A stretch of 64,000 bases of DNA from Callorhinchus milii (Eukaryota). Of this stretch, positions 48,625 to 62,442 are shown in pieces. The DNA lies in NCBI RefSeq assembly GCF_018977255.1, contig NW_024704742.1:131876001-131940000 (forward strand), given 5' to 3'. The stretch's first letter is position 1. Each line of letters opens with the position of its first letter. A program made the position numbers and the translations under genes. Below the pieces are notes generated by a model. It was not told where the DNA came from. It ran no database searches and saw only the letters and a list, made by a program, of their open reading frames with translations.

Positions 48625-48968
48625 TGTCACATTCATGACCTGACACCTCCCTACCTCTCCGACCTGCTTACCCCCGAACCCACAACTTGCTGCCTTTGCT
48701 TGACTGGCTCCAGTCTTCTGCGTGTCCATTATGCCCTCCGTTCCACCATTGGTGGCCGCGCTTTCAGCCCTATGCCCCGAAACTCTGGAATACATTTCCT
48801 CTATCCATCCCACTTGCCCCTTCTCCAGGTCACGCCTGAAGACCTTCCTCTTTGACTGTCACCTACACCTTTCCCCCGGCTTGGCATCATGCTCGGCCAC
48901 TGTCAAGCACTCTGGGACGTTACCCTGCATGAGGAGAGCTATATAAATGCAACTTGCTGCTGTTGTTG
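48625..48968 (+). mobile_element. L2 3' fragment inserted into the stem-loop of a SINE tail
   Basis: PPYLSDLL..STIGGRAFS peptide and a (GTT)n tail. SINE tail is split as GAGATGTCTC (48616-48625) and TGTCTCAATGACGTGATAAGG (48967 onward). Confidence 0.8.
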
Positions 48969-49747
48969 TCTCAATGACGTGATAAGGCGCTATATCAAAT
49001 GCAAGGATTATTATTTATTTAAATGAGTCCAGTGTCTTGGCATCCATCATCCTTCCTGAGTGACCTGTTCTAGTCGTAAAGGAGTACTTCCTGGTTTCTG
49101 TCCCCTGTGATGTCTTTCGGCTTCCTTGCAATGTTACAATGGACTCAAATAATATTGCACTAGGAACATTGGAACTGCAGTATTTTGTAAAAGTTTCAAG
49201 CCCGCAGGTCCATTATATTTTTTTACATTTTGCTCATCACCTTTAGAGACCAAGGGGATTTCAACTGTGTTCAAACTATAATGGGAAAATATGAAGACAG
49301 CTAAAATGTTTTCCACAGGGTCGCTTCATAATGTTACCATTGCTTTTCATTTTCTCTGATATTGCATTCGCTATATTACCAGCCCAGGTGGCTCTGTAAT
49401 CCCAGAAGACAGATTCCGTTATCTTCTCATTTGCTTACATGAAAGTTTCACAGCATTTTGAAAGAAGTGACAATTTTCTTCAAAAGATTTGCTGGGCCTC
49501 AATTGTCAGGGCTGTGTAATTGAGGACACGTTCTTGCTATACATTTAACCTTGATCCAAATCTTCCATTTTTCAACTCTATTTCTTTTCATACAGTATTT
49601 TTCTCCCACACTTTCTTCATGAGTTGAATTAAACACATTATGATTTACATTCAGCAGCTTCCACAGAGAAGATCATCTCAAAACTTTCATAGGCTGGATG
49701 GGCACCCAAGCAGAGGTGTGGGAGTGGAGGGCAATGGAGTGTGGTCA

Positions 49748-50810
49748 AACAACAAAAATAACAACAAATTGCATTTATTTTCACCATTCATTTTGGGAAG
49801 AGAACCTAAAAGTGCTGGGCAGTCAAGGGTTTGCACTCGAGATGGGGGTTGGAATCAAGAGTATGGAGGGCAAGGAGGATGGGGGGGAGGTGTCGGAGGG
49901 TGACTGAAGACAAAGTCAAAGAGGAAGGTCTTGAGACAGTCCTTGAAAGAGCCATGGGAGGAGGCGAGGTGAAAGAACTCTGTGATGGAGTTCCAGAGGA
50001 TAGGGACAGAAAGGCTAAGAGACTGACCACCAATGGTAGGGAGGGCAGGGTGGGGGACATGGACATGGAGCAGGCCAATGCCCACCGAGCTGAGGGAGCA
50101 GGCAGTTTGGTAAGATTTTAGTAGGTCACAGAGGTGGGGAGCGGTAAGACAGTAGCGGGCTTAAAAAGTGAGGTTGAGGATCTTAAACCCGATCCTCTGG
50201 GGGATGGGAAGCCAGTGAAGCTGGGCTAGGATGGGGTAATTGGTTAATGGAGTCTGGCGATGGGAGAGGACATAGGCTAAAAAGTTCTGAATAACCTGAG
50301 CTTGTGGAGGGAAGAGATGGGAAGTCTGGTGAGCAGGGGGTTGGCATAGTCAAGCCGGGACGTGATGAAAGCACGGATGAGAGTCTCGGCAGCCTGAGGG
50401 GTGAGATATTGGCGGAGTTGGGCAATGTTGCAGAGGTGCGGGGAAGGCAAAATGGGTCATGGCATGGATGTGGGGTTCACAGAACAGTCAAGAGACATGG
50501 CTTGGAAGAGCTGGGAGGAAGGAAGGGAGTTGGAGGGAATGAGTCAGAGAAAATAAGTCAGAGTGACTCCAGGATGGTGTTCCAGAGAGCGGGGCATTAT
50601 TGCTGAAAGCCGGCCAACCGATGATGGGGTAGAGAGGGCAGGAAACACAAAGCAGGACAGTGTTCTCTGAGTGAAGGGATCAACTCTGTGGGTGTGGTTG
50701 GAGGAGGTCACAGAGGCAGGGTGGGGTGAGAGGAGGGAAAGATTTGACAGTGAGAAATAAATGTTGGAGACAGTTTTATTGTGCAGCTGCCAAAGTTGCA
50801 AGTGATCTCA
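49748..50810 (-). mobile_element. Older L2 fragment with internal deletion
   Basis: AAC-rich tail. PTIGGQSLSLSVPILWNS..FKDCLKTFLFD in ORF 49855..50085. Confidence 0.8.
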
Positions 50811-51780
50811 CCTGTTGGTTAGCTCAGTTGTTTGAGCAACCTACTTAGCATCTTAAGTATCTGCCAATATGCATTCAAATGTCAATAAATCTACTCAGCC
50901 CCTTACCATCCTTTGTCACTCAGTTGTTGCGATGTTGAATGCCCTGACTGGTAAAGTGATTGAGGCAGCTAGTGTGGGTTTTAAGAGGGAAGTAGATAGG
51001 TATATAAAAGATTGGGGCTTGAAGGTGTTTCGGGGATAGGGTACTGCACTGTGAAGCCCTTTGAGATGTCCTCCCAATGTAAAAAGTGTTGCAAAAATTC
51101 TATTGTATGAAATGAATGACCAATTTTATCTGGGGGATTGGTGGCCAGGATACCGAGCAAAACTCCCTTTTATAACAGTATAGAAAGATCTTTAACATCC
51201 ATCTGAACAGGCAGCAGCCCCCAGTTTAATGTTTTAGTTTTAGGAACAAGCCCTCAGTTTAATATTTCATCCAAAGGATGAAAAAATTATATAAAATTAT
51301 AAGTGGAATTGAAAATATGAACAATGTAAACAAAGTTTCAGTTGAACCAAGGCAGTAAAACATGAAGTGATAGGATTAGTTGACAAGAACAATTTCAGGA
51401 CCGACACCAGGAAGTACTTCTCTATCCAAAGCGTAATCAATGACTGGAGCAGGTTACCAGGATCAAATACAATACAAAATTTCACATTGGGAGTATGTCG
51501 AGGATGCTCAACTCGTTAAAAAGAAGCTTGATGCTGTGATGGGGCGACGGTAGGGTGGGTATTCTGGAAGGATAAGATAATCCTTGTGATCTCTCAAAAC
51601 CCTTCAATAAGTACATGTTCAGATCAGAATCACCAGCACTGCAGTTAGGGTTTATCTTACCAGGGCAGATGGAATAAGCAGATGAGAAGCCAAAATTCAG
51701 GTTTTGTTTGCTACATTTTCAGGTATCTATAGTTAACCCTCCACCCACTCTTAGCACACCTTGAGACACTTTGAGGGGTA

Positions 51781-51949
51781 CAGTAAACTCCTGAAAACTC
51801 ATCATGGCACGGTAAAAGGGCACCGTGATGAGTTACCTGGAATCGTGAGTTAAGCCTATGTATAAATATATAAATAAATGCATCCGGGATATTGACAGCA
51901 TAATGACTTAAGTGGTAGTGACAAAGATCAAGTTATAAGGAGTTTACTG
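51781..51949. mobile_element. Tigger/pogo-like (Tc1/mariner superfamily) MITE, 169 bp, TA target duplication
   Basis: TA|CAGTAAACTCCT at 51779-51792 and AGGAGTTTACTG|TA at 51938-51951 form perfect 12-bp TIRs. Subterminal palindrome AACTCATCA..TGATGAGTT. Confidence 0.8.
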
Positions 51950-52479
51950 TATTTGCTCCCCAATTTTATTCTTCCCCTGATCGTACTGCAAATCAGTAAT
52001 ATCATTATTATTATCATAAACGCTCGGCTAGAGATTTTTTTGAAAAAACGTTGTATCTATAATGGGGATGTTCAAAAAAAATAGTCACTGCGCTTCTATA
52101 AGGTGTGACATGTTCATGAAAGGTAGCAAGTGACACAGCTGCTTGACATTCAGGGCTGTATAGCCTGAGGCAGTAATAGCTATTTTAAATCGCATCTTGT
52201 GAATTACACCTTGCCACACTGACATTAACCGTTCAGCTGCCTGTTTAGATTTTCACATTCGCTTTTAAAATTGAATTTTATGCTACATGCTTTGGCGCAA
52301 ATGGACTGGTTACAGAATCAGAGGAACAGGCCCAATTTTGTACACTGCCTTTGATGATTGAATTCTGCATGTGGAACGTGCTTATAATATATTATATGAT
52401 TGTACAGTCAGTGGTGGGGTGTACGGCCCCTGTTAGCTGCTGCGGGGAGAAGAAAATACTTGCGTTTGATACAGTGCCT

Positions 52480-52832
52480 ATAATCCTATAATAATCCTTG
52501 GATAGCACCTTATCACGTTGTTGAGACATCTCGAAGCGCTTCACAGAATATACCGGAAAATGAATTGACAGTATATTTTGTGGGGAAAACATAGCAGCCA
52601 ATTGCACAAGGTTGTCTCCCACAAACAGTCAAGAACAATTTTTTGTTTGAGGCATTATTACCTCTGGAAAGTGATCCGTCTATCGACTAACAACCAGATT
52701 CCTGCTCACTGCTGAGTAAACAGAGGCCTGTTAAATAAGGAAACTTGCCTGAGGTTTCTCCTAGCCCAGGCATCGAACCCGGTTCCCCTTTTTTGTGATA
52801 CAAGTGCTCTAACCCTTCCACTAAAGGACTCC
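52480..52832 (-). mobile_element. tRNA-derived SINE, long subfamily
   Basis: Reverse-complement match including GAAAGTGATCCGTCTATCGACTAAC. Confidence 0.85.
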
Positions 52833-53920
52833 TCTATAATATCGAAATGGGGCTAAGCTTATCACAGATAATTGCAATCACGGGGAGAGACCGCCTATTT
52901 ATTGGCAAATACCGCAGCAAATTTGTCCAGAGTAAAGTTCCACAAAGAGCTGTGAAGTTAACCACAAATTTTATCTGGACAAGTGGGCACAGACTGAAGC
53001 TTTGAAGAGGTTCGATGAGCAGACTCTTCAGATGTAATTACTCTGCACAGAAGGGTAAATATGTGGATTACATTAACCAGAGATGCAGATTGTATCAGCA
53101 AATTCAAAAGCAAGTGAGATATGAAATGCAAACATTATTATTGTTACTATTATTTATAATTATAATTTATGATTATCATTATTATAGCTGCTTCATGCAG
53201 AAATAGATTGATGGGTATAAGAAAGAGCATCTGTATAATATTATTTTACTTTTAATAATTAAAAATACCTAATCCTTGCATTTGATATCCTAGCATCTGA
53301 AATGCTGTACTCTGTCCAGTGCCTTGGGACGTACTCCCGACGTGAAAGACTATGTACTAATGTTATCTTGTTGTTGTTGATATTGCACCATTGCACTTCA
53401 GGAGACCGTCTCAAAGTGCTTCACAGCATTTTACCATAAAATGCCTTGACTGTGTATTTCCTAGGTGAACTGGGCAACCAATTTGCACACAACGATGTCC
53501 CACAAACAGCCATGTTGTGACTGGTCAGTGTTATTTGGGGGTGTTGGAGGGTTCGTGACCAGGACACCAGGGGAAAATCCCATTGTTTTGGCACCAAAGC
53601 TTCACCAGGGTGATAACAGAGGTGAAGAGAGTTGGGAGAGATCAAACTCTTTCAGTTGGAACAGAGAAGATTGAGGGGTGATATGATCCAAGTGTGCTTA
53701 AGGTAAATGAAAGGGTTTGAGATGATAAATAGCAAGGAACTATTTCTGCCAGTAAGTGGTTTGAGGACAAGAAAGTTATCAGAATGTGCAATGAATTGCT
53801 ATGGGGGTGTCATTTTCACTTCCAAACAATAATTTTAAGATTGTGTCTCCTTATTTTGGAACCTTCTATCAGAGCCAAGTAATCAACCATCAATGTCAAT
53901 TTCCTTCATTTTTAAACACT

Positions 53921-54192
53921 TAGAATCATAGAATTATACAGCACAGAAGGAGGCCGTTTGGCCCATCGTGTCTGTGCCGGCTCTTTGAAAAGAGCTACCT
54001 AATTCAATCCCACTCCCCCACACACTCCTCATAGCTCTGCAAACTTGTTCTCCCTAAATAATTATCTACTTCTCTCTTAAAAGATGTTATCGAATCGGCT
54101 TCCACCACCCTTTCAGGCAATGCAGTCTAACTCGCTGCGTGAAAACATTTCTCCTCACCTCCCCTCTGTTTCTTTTAACGACTATTTTAAAT
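53921..54192 (-). mobile_element. CR1 3' end, same family as 60775-62632
   Basis: TAGAATCATAGAATTATACAGCACAGAAGGAGGCC is the reverse complement of the tail at 62590-62625. Confidence 0.88.
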
Positions 54193-54194
54193 CG

Positions 54195-56008
54195 GCATAG
54201 TGGCTGAAGGCACGGCCGCCAAGGGTGGAGCAGAGGACTCGGGGGTCGAGGAGGAGGCCAGACCCGGAGGAACGAAGGTAACGGGCACTCTTTTGAGGAG
54301 AGAGGAGGTCAGAGAGGTCGGGGGGTGCAGAGGAGTGCAGGGACTTGAATACAACGGTGAGGATTTTGAAGTCGATCCTCTCTGGGACAGGCAGCCAGTG
54401 CAGTCTGGCAAGGACTGGGGTGATCAGGGAACGGAGTTTGGTTCAGGTGAGAATGCAGGCCAGAGTTTTGAATGATCTGGATTTTATGGATGGTAGTGGA
54501 TGGGAGACCAGCGAGGAGAGCATTAGAATAGTCCAGCCAAGAGGTGACAAAGGCATGGACTATGGTTTCAGCAGCTTTCGGAGAGAGGTATTGGTGGAGA
54601 CGGGCAACGTATCGGAGGTGGAAGTAGGCGGTGCTGTTGAGGGACTGGATGTGGGGGAAGAAGGATAATTGGTGGTCGAACCTGACTCCTAGGTTGTGTA
54701 TGGGTTCGGAGAGTTTTAGGGGAAGGTCGGGTAGGTGGAGGAGGTGAGAGCTGTGAGATTTTAGACTTTGTCGAGAGCCAAAGAGTATGGCTTCCTTCTT
54801 ATCAACGTTCAGCTGAAGAAAATTTGCACTCATCCAGCTCCTGAGATCTGACAGGCAGGCTGACAGAACATCGGGGGACTGGGGGTCGCAAAGAGTGGTG
54901 GAAAAATAGAGTTGGGTGTCGTCCGCGTACATGTGGAAATGTCATCTGCGGATGACATCCCCAAGAGGGAGCATGTAGATCAGAAAGAGGAGGGGGCCAA
55001 GGATGGATCCTTGTGGTACCCCGCAGGTGACTGGGTGAGAGCGGGAGGAGAAGCCGTTTGTGCTGATGTACTGCTGGCGGTTTGTGAGGTAGGACTCGAA
55101 CCAGGCGAGTGCGGTCCCACTGATGAAGGAAAGGCGGTGGAGGAAGATGGCATGATCGACTGTGTCAAACACTGCCATGAGGTCCAGGAGGACAAGGAGG
55201 CAGAGGGAACTCTGGTCACAGAGTTGTTGTTTGTGACTTTCACAAGTGCAGTCTCTGTACTGTGGGCGGAAACCGGACTGGAGTGGTTTGAAGAGGGAGT
55301 GGGAGGAGAGGTGTGCGCGAAGTTGGTTGGCAACAACACGTTCTAGGACTTTTGCTAGGAAGGGCAGGTTAGAAATAGGGCGTTAGTGACTGGGGTTTGA
55401 GGGATCCAGGGAAGGTTTCTTGAGGAGGGGGGTGATGACAGCAGTTTTCAGGGGGGCAGGGACTGATCCGGAGGAGAGGGACTGGTTGATGATGTCAGCC
55501 AGTAGTGGGCAGAGGAGGGGGAGCTGGGTGACCAGCAAGTTGGTGGGGAGGGGGTCGAGGCAGCAGATGGTGGGTTTCATGGAGGTGATGGTGGGTGAGA
55601 GGGAGGGAGATATGGGGAGGAAGGAATGTAGGATGGGGGTGGTGGTAGGAGCAGGTGATGGGGAGGCTGAGGGGGACAGAGAGGACGTGGTGGTGGGTGA
55701 CAAGAGGCAGGTGTATGAGGCTGCCTGGCGGATGTTGTGAATTTTAGATGAAAAGAAGTCCATGACCTCCTTGCACTTGGCATTGGATATGAAGATTGAG
55801 GACCCCTGAGGGGGGGAACGGAGGAGGTAGTGAGTGGTGGAAAAAGAGATTTTAGGGTTGTGTTCAGCCTCCAAGATGATGTTGGAGTTGAAGGCTATTT
55901 TGGCGCGTGTCAAGGAATGGCGGTAGCTGTGGAGATGCTCGAGCCACAGTTGGCGGTGGTCTGTCAGGCCAGTTTACCACCATCTATGCTCGAGCAGCCG
56001 GGTTTGGC
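54195..56008 (-). mobile_element. L2 LINE fragment (linker + RT), same subfamily as 34136-38790, lacking its 3' tail
   Basis: ORFs 54309..54932 (YADDTQLY), 54942..55178 (GVPQGSILGP) and 55383..55913. Colinear and highly similar to ~34355-36510. Confidence 0.92.
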
Positions 56009-59000
56009 AAATAATAATTGTCTTATTTCTGCATTACTGAAAGACTGGCTCAACTTTCACTTGAAAAGTTAAGCTAACTATTTTGTAGCATTTCTTAATG
56101 GCATTTCCTACAAGAAATCTGAAAGGGAGCTCATTCACAGCTCATTCAAGCTCCAGACATAGCTTGTGCATAGCACATTGATACAGGGGGACTCCTCTCA
56201 TCAACAGCAACAACAACAATTTACATTTCCAAGGCCCTTTCACGACGGAAGGACGGCTCAAAGTACTACTCAAAGCGCATCTTAAGAAATTCCATTGAGA
56301 AATCCCACAAAAAATATCATATAATAATCCTTGCATTTGATATAGCCTTATCATGTCTTCGAGACGTCTCAAATCGCTTCTGAGAAATATTTGTAAAGTG
56401 ACTTGACTATATCATTCACTTTGTGCTAAAAAGGAAAGCACGACGGATCAAAAAAAAATGGCCAATCACAATTGTCGCCACGTCAGGTTTCAGCTCACAA
56501 CCCCACTAATCCAGCCTTTAAATATGATGAAATATCTAATCGGGACCTAAACGCCTTCACTCAAAATAAATTTACAGGCGCAATTATTCAATTACGAGGA
56601 GTGAATAGGGTCTGAGCAGAAAATGAGACTGGATTTTCAATCTGCATTTACTTAACAGAAATGTTCACAGCTCAAGTATTCACGTAAGTGGGACTGACCT
56701 ACATATGACCAGGGCTGCAGGGATTGCTGCTTTCTGTCATTCACTGCTATTTGCATGTTGCGATGATAGGAATAGCTGTAATTCTTCACGAGTGTGCTTT
56801 ACCGTGGCGATGACCTGCAGAAAGCAGTCTTTGCCGCCTTCTGTATCTGCTTCCTCAAGGAGGACTGGGGCTCAGCAGACTATTGCAGAGTCGCTGGGGC
56901 TTGTAGCTGGTAATGTAGTGGAGCACCAGCTAATATCAGAGTTAGAATTCCCCCAGCCGTGCCCTTAAAAAACTCTGGGCAACTACAAGTGCATGCAAGT
57001 AATTATAGAAAGGTAGGTACATGCTGTTACTCAAAGATCAGTGTTGTTTTTTTTTCTCGTTTCAATGACATGTCCACATTCTGTCTGTTCCAGCAGATTA
57101 AGCCGAGAGTGTTTCAGTTCCCAACCTCCACATCCCACCTCTACACTCTTACCACTCGCCTCCCCTCGAACCCTCTGCTCCCCCCACCCCACCCCCCATG
57201 AGAAACGCTTTGCTGGCAACGAGTGCTGTGCTATTAACATTCCAGCGGAGTCTGAACCTTGCTGAGTGCAGCAATTGAATCTGTGCAGCGTGGAATGAGT
57301 TAGCAAACTAAATGCTCCTACCATTGACAGGGTGCCAGCATTCTGATCACTCTCAGCCGAAGACAGCCATCCAGAACAATAGGCCCTGCTTTGTGTTTGT
57401 GCGTGTGTGTATGGTTGGGGGGGCGGGGGTTAAGTTACCTTACACTGCAGTGCTGGGCGATGCACCCATTCTACATAGTAGACAATACACCACGGGCTGA
57501 CTCTCCACACAACATAGAAATGCAAAATTCATAGCAATGTTAATCTTTGCAATTGCCTTATCATGTCATCGAGATATCTCGAAGCTCTTCACAGAAGTTG
57601 ATGTGAAGTGTATTTTGTAGGCAAACGCAGCAGTCAATTTGCACACAGCAATGTCCCACAATTTGGTATAGTACCTTTCATGTTGGGAAGACGTTTCAAA
57701 GGGCTTCACAGGACTTTCTGTGTATTTTGCAGCTAAATGCAGTAACCAATTTGTGTATAACATTGTCTCACAATCAAACATGAAGTGACTGACCAATTTG
57801 CTTTGTTCGGAGGTATTGGTGGACAGGACACCGGGAGAAACTCCCTTTTCTTTTCGAGTTGTACCAATGGATCTTTAATATCCACCTGAACAGGCAGACG
57901 GGGCCTCAGATTAATATCTCACACTGTATTGGAAGGTCAACCTACTCTACGTGAGTTCAAACTCGCAACATGGAGGTTGATCCCATAACCTTCTGATTCA
58001 GTGGTAAGAGTTCTACCAACTGAGACACACAAACACACAAATTATTTAGTTTAATTAACACTTGGTGAAGAAGCATGAAATCCCCACAGTAGTGTCCCAT
58101 GACTCTTTGTGGGACACTACTGTGTGCAATTGGCTGCCATGTTTCACCCACAAAAGATACAGTCAATTTACTTTACAGTATAATCTGTGAAGCACTTTGA
58201 GACTTCTCGAAGATGTGATAAGGCACTATATTAAATGCAAGGATTATTATTATTATCCCCTCAACCATACAGAATTAATTGAGATCGGAAACTGACCCTA
58301 AACAAGGCAGAATCATCAAATATCATAGCACAGAAACAGGTCAATTGGCCCATCAAGTCATCTATTTCCACACACGGGGAATTCTCCATGTGGAGGCAGC
58401 ATACATATGTTGAGATCTCAGTCTGGTTTGGATACTTTTAAACACAGTGATGGGATTCTGCACCTGTCAGATATACAACTGACCGTGAACGAGAGAGAAA
58501 GAGATAGGGAGAGTGAAGAGGCAGAACTGAGGGACTCACTGAGTGCCAAACCACCCTCGGTGCTTATAATGATGAATTATTGCTTGTCTGTCCACATTTG
58601 TAAGGACAATACATCATTACTAGATAGTACAATGTATTTCTATGACAGCCATGCAGATGGTAATATATTATATTGTGGGGGAACAATATTTAACCTCATT
58701 TTCCTCCCTCCCCTTAATTGTCTCCTGCCTCTCCACTCATAGCTAAAGTTTGCCTACAAACCCACTACTCCTTACAGTGAATCCCATGAAGCTCTTTGAA
58801 ATGTCCTTCTGATATGAAAGGCACTATATAAATGTACATTTTATTGTATTGTAACCATAATTGACAAAAAAAAAGTCACTACACTTGACAGTACCTATTT
58901 GAGACTTTTTGACTGCATTTGCACTAAGTCAAATGCAAGAATTCTTATGACAAGAATATCAATGATTGATTGAATGATTTAATGTTGCATTTGATAACTT

Positions 59001-59600
59001 ACCGTCCAAAGCGCTTTAGAAAAACAAGGTTAAAAAACAAACAGTTGCTTTTCCTATTCCCATCCAGGGATACTAGTTAAACCTCATGTCAGGACTTTAT
59101 AATCACAGCACAGTCCAGGCTGATACTCCAATATGTTAAACATAGGTTAAACGTTTTAGTTGGTTAGACTCCAGGAGTACCACAACACACACTCTGGGGT
59201 CCCCAAGCTTTGGCTCTTGCCAATCTGCGCCAAAATCTCTCTGGTATTAGGTAAACAGAATGCGTCCCTCCAGGGAAAGAGTGTGCAGTCCATTCTAACA
59301 GTTTATCTCTAGAATTTCAACTCGTAGGTGGGATGCCTGGAATTCTACAGCACGGGAGCCCCTAGATGTGTAGTTTACACATCTGATGCATAGAGAAGCC
59401 TGCGCTGAAGGTTTCTTGGCACCGTACATCCCATCAATGACTGGAATCTCTCACTGGACTGGAGAGGTTGCTGGCCTTCTGCGCGGAAATGCAGTGCGGT
59501 TTGCTAACGCCAATATAGAAGTGCTGAACCAAGGCCGAGCGTATAGAACTTGGGGTGCAGATTCCATGGACACCAGCCTCCTCCCTCCCGCCTCCGAAAA

Positions 59601-59629
59601 CTACCGCGTTATAACAGGACCCGACTGTA
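59601..59629. mobile_element. Isolated Tigger-like terminal inverted repeat
   Basis: Reverse complement reads TA|CAGTCGGGTCCTGTTATAACGCGGT. A similar decayed end lies at ~40001 (CAGCCTGACCCCATTATAATGCG). Confidence 0.45.
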
Positions 59630-60426
59630 TATCTTCCACCTTGTTCCCAGCAGTAATCGCTGATTGTTGGTGAATAAGCCAAGTCGCTGCCCCGCTGTGC
59701 AAACCAGTGTAAGTGTCCCTGAATATCAAATTCCTTGTCAGTTTTATTAGTGTGTGCTATTCCATTCTGGAGACAGCTAATCAGTGGTCAGCCAGAATTC
59801 AATTAGGTACAGCTGCTTCACAGCTACAAGTCTCTTTTGTAGATAATTTATTAATTTATCATCATCAATGTGAAATTTTATTGTACTAATATGATTGCTT
59901 TTTTCTTCTTTGCTTATGCTCTTAAACCTTTGCAAATCCAGGGTTCAAGCTTCCCCCGTCGTTGGGAAATGGACTGACACCCCCTGCGCAGTACTTAGGG
60001 GAATGCGACATTGTCGGCAGGAGCCATCGCTTTTGGGTGTTAAACCGAGGTCCCCATCTGCCTGTTCAGGTGAACATTATAGATCCCTGTGGCACTGTTT
60101 CTCTCTGTGTTCTGTCCAAGAATTCTTCAGACGAATTGTATCACGTCACATTTGTTTGTTGGACCTTTGCGCTCACCTACAAAACACACAGTCACTACAC
60201 TTGACAGGCATTATACATAGGTAGGGAATATTTATAATAAGGATTGACAGAGGGTCAGGCTCAAAAACTATGTGAATAAAGGTTTATAGACTTCAACCAT
60301 TAGATTGATTCTTAGCTGTTAGCATTGAAAAATTAAAATTATAGGGCACCTCCGATAGTCTAGTGGATAAAGGCTGTGTCAGACTAATCCATTCAGACCT
60401 GGAAGGATGAAGGTTGCCAATAAGTT

Positions 60427-60744
60427 GGAGTCCTGTAGCTCAGTGGTTAGAGCACTCGCTTTGCAAGCGAGAGACCTGGGTTCAATTCCAGGCAGAGGGC
60501 GAAACCTTGGGCCAGTTTCCTTACTCCACACGCCTAATAATAATCCCTCCAATACCAAAAACAATAATAAATTGGTCATTTTTAATCTACGACTGTTTGT
60601 GGGACATTGCTGTGCGCAATTGGCTGCCACGTTCGCTCACAAATATACAGTCAATTCACTTTACAGTGTGTTCTGTGAAACGCTTTGGGATATCCTCCCG
60701 ACGTGAAAAGCGCTATATCAAATGCAAGGATTATTATTATTTAT
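60427..60744 (+). mobile_element. tRNA-Ala SINE, short subfamily, TSD TAAGT
   Basis: TAAGT at 60421-60425 and 60745-60749. Confidence 0.95.
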
Positions 60745-61611
60745 TAAGTAGGAAGCTTGTTGTTAGTCAATTGGTGAGGGTAATAGGCAAAGTACTAAAC
60801 AGTGAGGAGGATAGTAGCAGACTGCATGAGGACATAGACTGGTAAAATGGACAGACACGTGGCAGATGAAGTTTAATGTGGAGAAATGCAAAGTGATACA
60901 CTTTGGGAGGAAGAATGAGGAGAGGCAATATAAGTTGATGGTACAATCTTAAAGGGGGTGAAGGAACAGAGAGACCTGGGGGTTCATATAAGTAAATCTT
61001 TGAAGGTGGCAGGACAGGTAAATAAAGCTGTTAAAAAGTATATGGGATACTAGGCTTTATAAATAGGGGCATAGAATACAAAAGTCAGGAAGTTATGATG
61101 AACCTTAATAAAACACTGGTTAGCCCTCAGTTATAGAACGTCTGAACTGTGTTCAGTTCTGGGCCCCACACTTTAGGAAAGATGTCAAGGCATTGGAGAG
61201 GATGCAAAGGAGATTTACCAGGATGGTACCAGGACTGAGGGATTTCAGTTATCAAGAGAGGCTAGAGAAGCTAGGATTATTCGCCTTGGAGCAGAGCAGG
61301 TTAAGAGGAGACTTAATAGAAGCTTTCAAAGTTATGAGGGTATTCAATAGGGTGAACAAGGAGTAACTATTTCCACCGGTGGGTCGGTAACCTGAGGGAA
61401 ACGATTTAAAATAGTTGTTAAAAGAAACAGAGGGGAGGTGAGGGGAAATGTTTTCACACAGCGAGATGTTCTGATCTGAAATGCATTGCCTGAAAGGGTG
61501 GTGGAAGCCAATTCGATAACAACTTTTAAGAGAAAAGTAGATAATTATTTGGGGAGAACAAGTTTGCAGGGCTATGGGGAGAAAGCGGGGGAGTGGGATT
61601 GATTTGGATAA

Positions 61612-62442
61612 TCAGCCTGCCTGTCCAACATCGAGTCCTGGACGAGAGACAACTTTCTTCAGCTCAACGTGCGCAAAACTGAGGCCCTCCTGATTGGCTC
61701 ACGTCAGCGCCTCCGCACCTCAGGCGCTGACAGCATCAACATCCAAGGCTGCACTCTCCACCTCTCAAAGCCGGTCAGGAACCTCGGGGTTCTGTTCGAC
61801 CCTGAGCTGTCCTTTCTCCCTCATATCCGCGCCACAACTGGCACCGCCTTCCATCACCTCCGGAATGTCACCAGACTACGGCACTACCTCACCCCTCACG
61901 CTGCTGAAACCCTGGTCCACGCCTTTATCACCTCAAGGCTGGACTATGGGAACTCTCTCCTCGCCGGCCTTCCCGGCACCTCCCTCCACAAGCTGCAGGT
62001 CATTCAGAATTCTGCAGCTCGTGTACTGTCCCGCACCAGGCTTCGGGACCACATCACTCCCACCCTCGCTCGCCTCCACTGGCTCCCCATCCCCCAGAGG
62101 ATCGATTTCAAGATCCTCATCCTCACCTACAAGGCCATTCACGGCCTTGCTCCCTCCTACCTCTCTGACCTACTATTCCCCTACCTACCTGCCCATACCC
62201 TCCGTTCCTCTGGCTCCGGTCTGCTCCACATCCCCCGCCCTAACCGCCCTACCATCAGTGGCCGGACCTTCAGCCTCTCAGCCCCGAGACTCTGGAACTC
62301 TATCCCCCAGTGCCTTCGCCTTGCCTCCTCCCTTTCCTCCTTCAAGGCCGGTCTCAAGACCTTTCTCTTTGACCGAGCCTTCAGCTCCCCTCTCGACTCT
62401 CTACCCCCTCCTCGCTCCCTCCCTTCTTTCCCCTCACCCTGA
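61612..62442 (+). pseudogene. Uninterrupted C-terminal fragment of L2 ORF2 (RT thumb and C-terminal domain), ~277 codons, no true start
   Basis: Frame is open from the insertion junction (SACLSNIESWTRDNFLQLN) through ORF 61669..62442 (SRLDYGNSLL, HITPTLARLHWLP, RLWNSIP, FKAGLKTFLF). Confidence 0.9.

Noticed and set aside
60407..60845. Recurrent ORFs (ESCSSVVRALALQ.., GKFPYSTRLIIIPP..) as a multigene peptide family
   Set aside because: They are translations of the SINE consensus.
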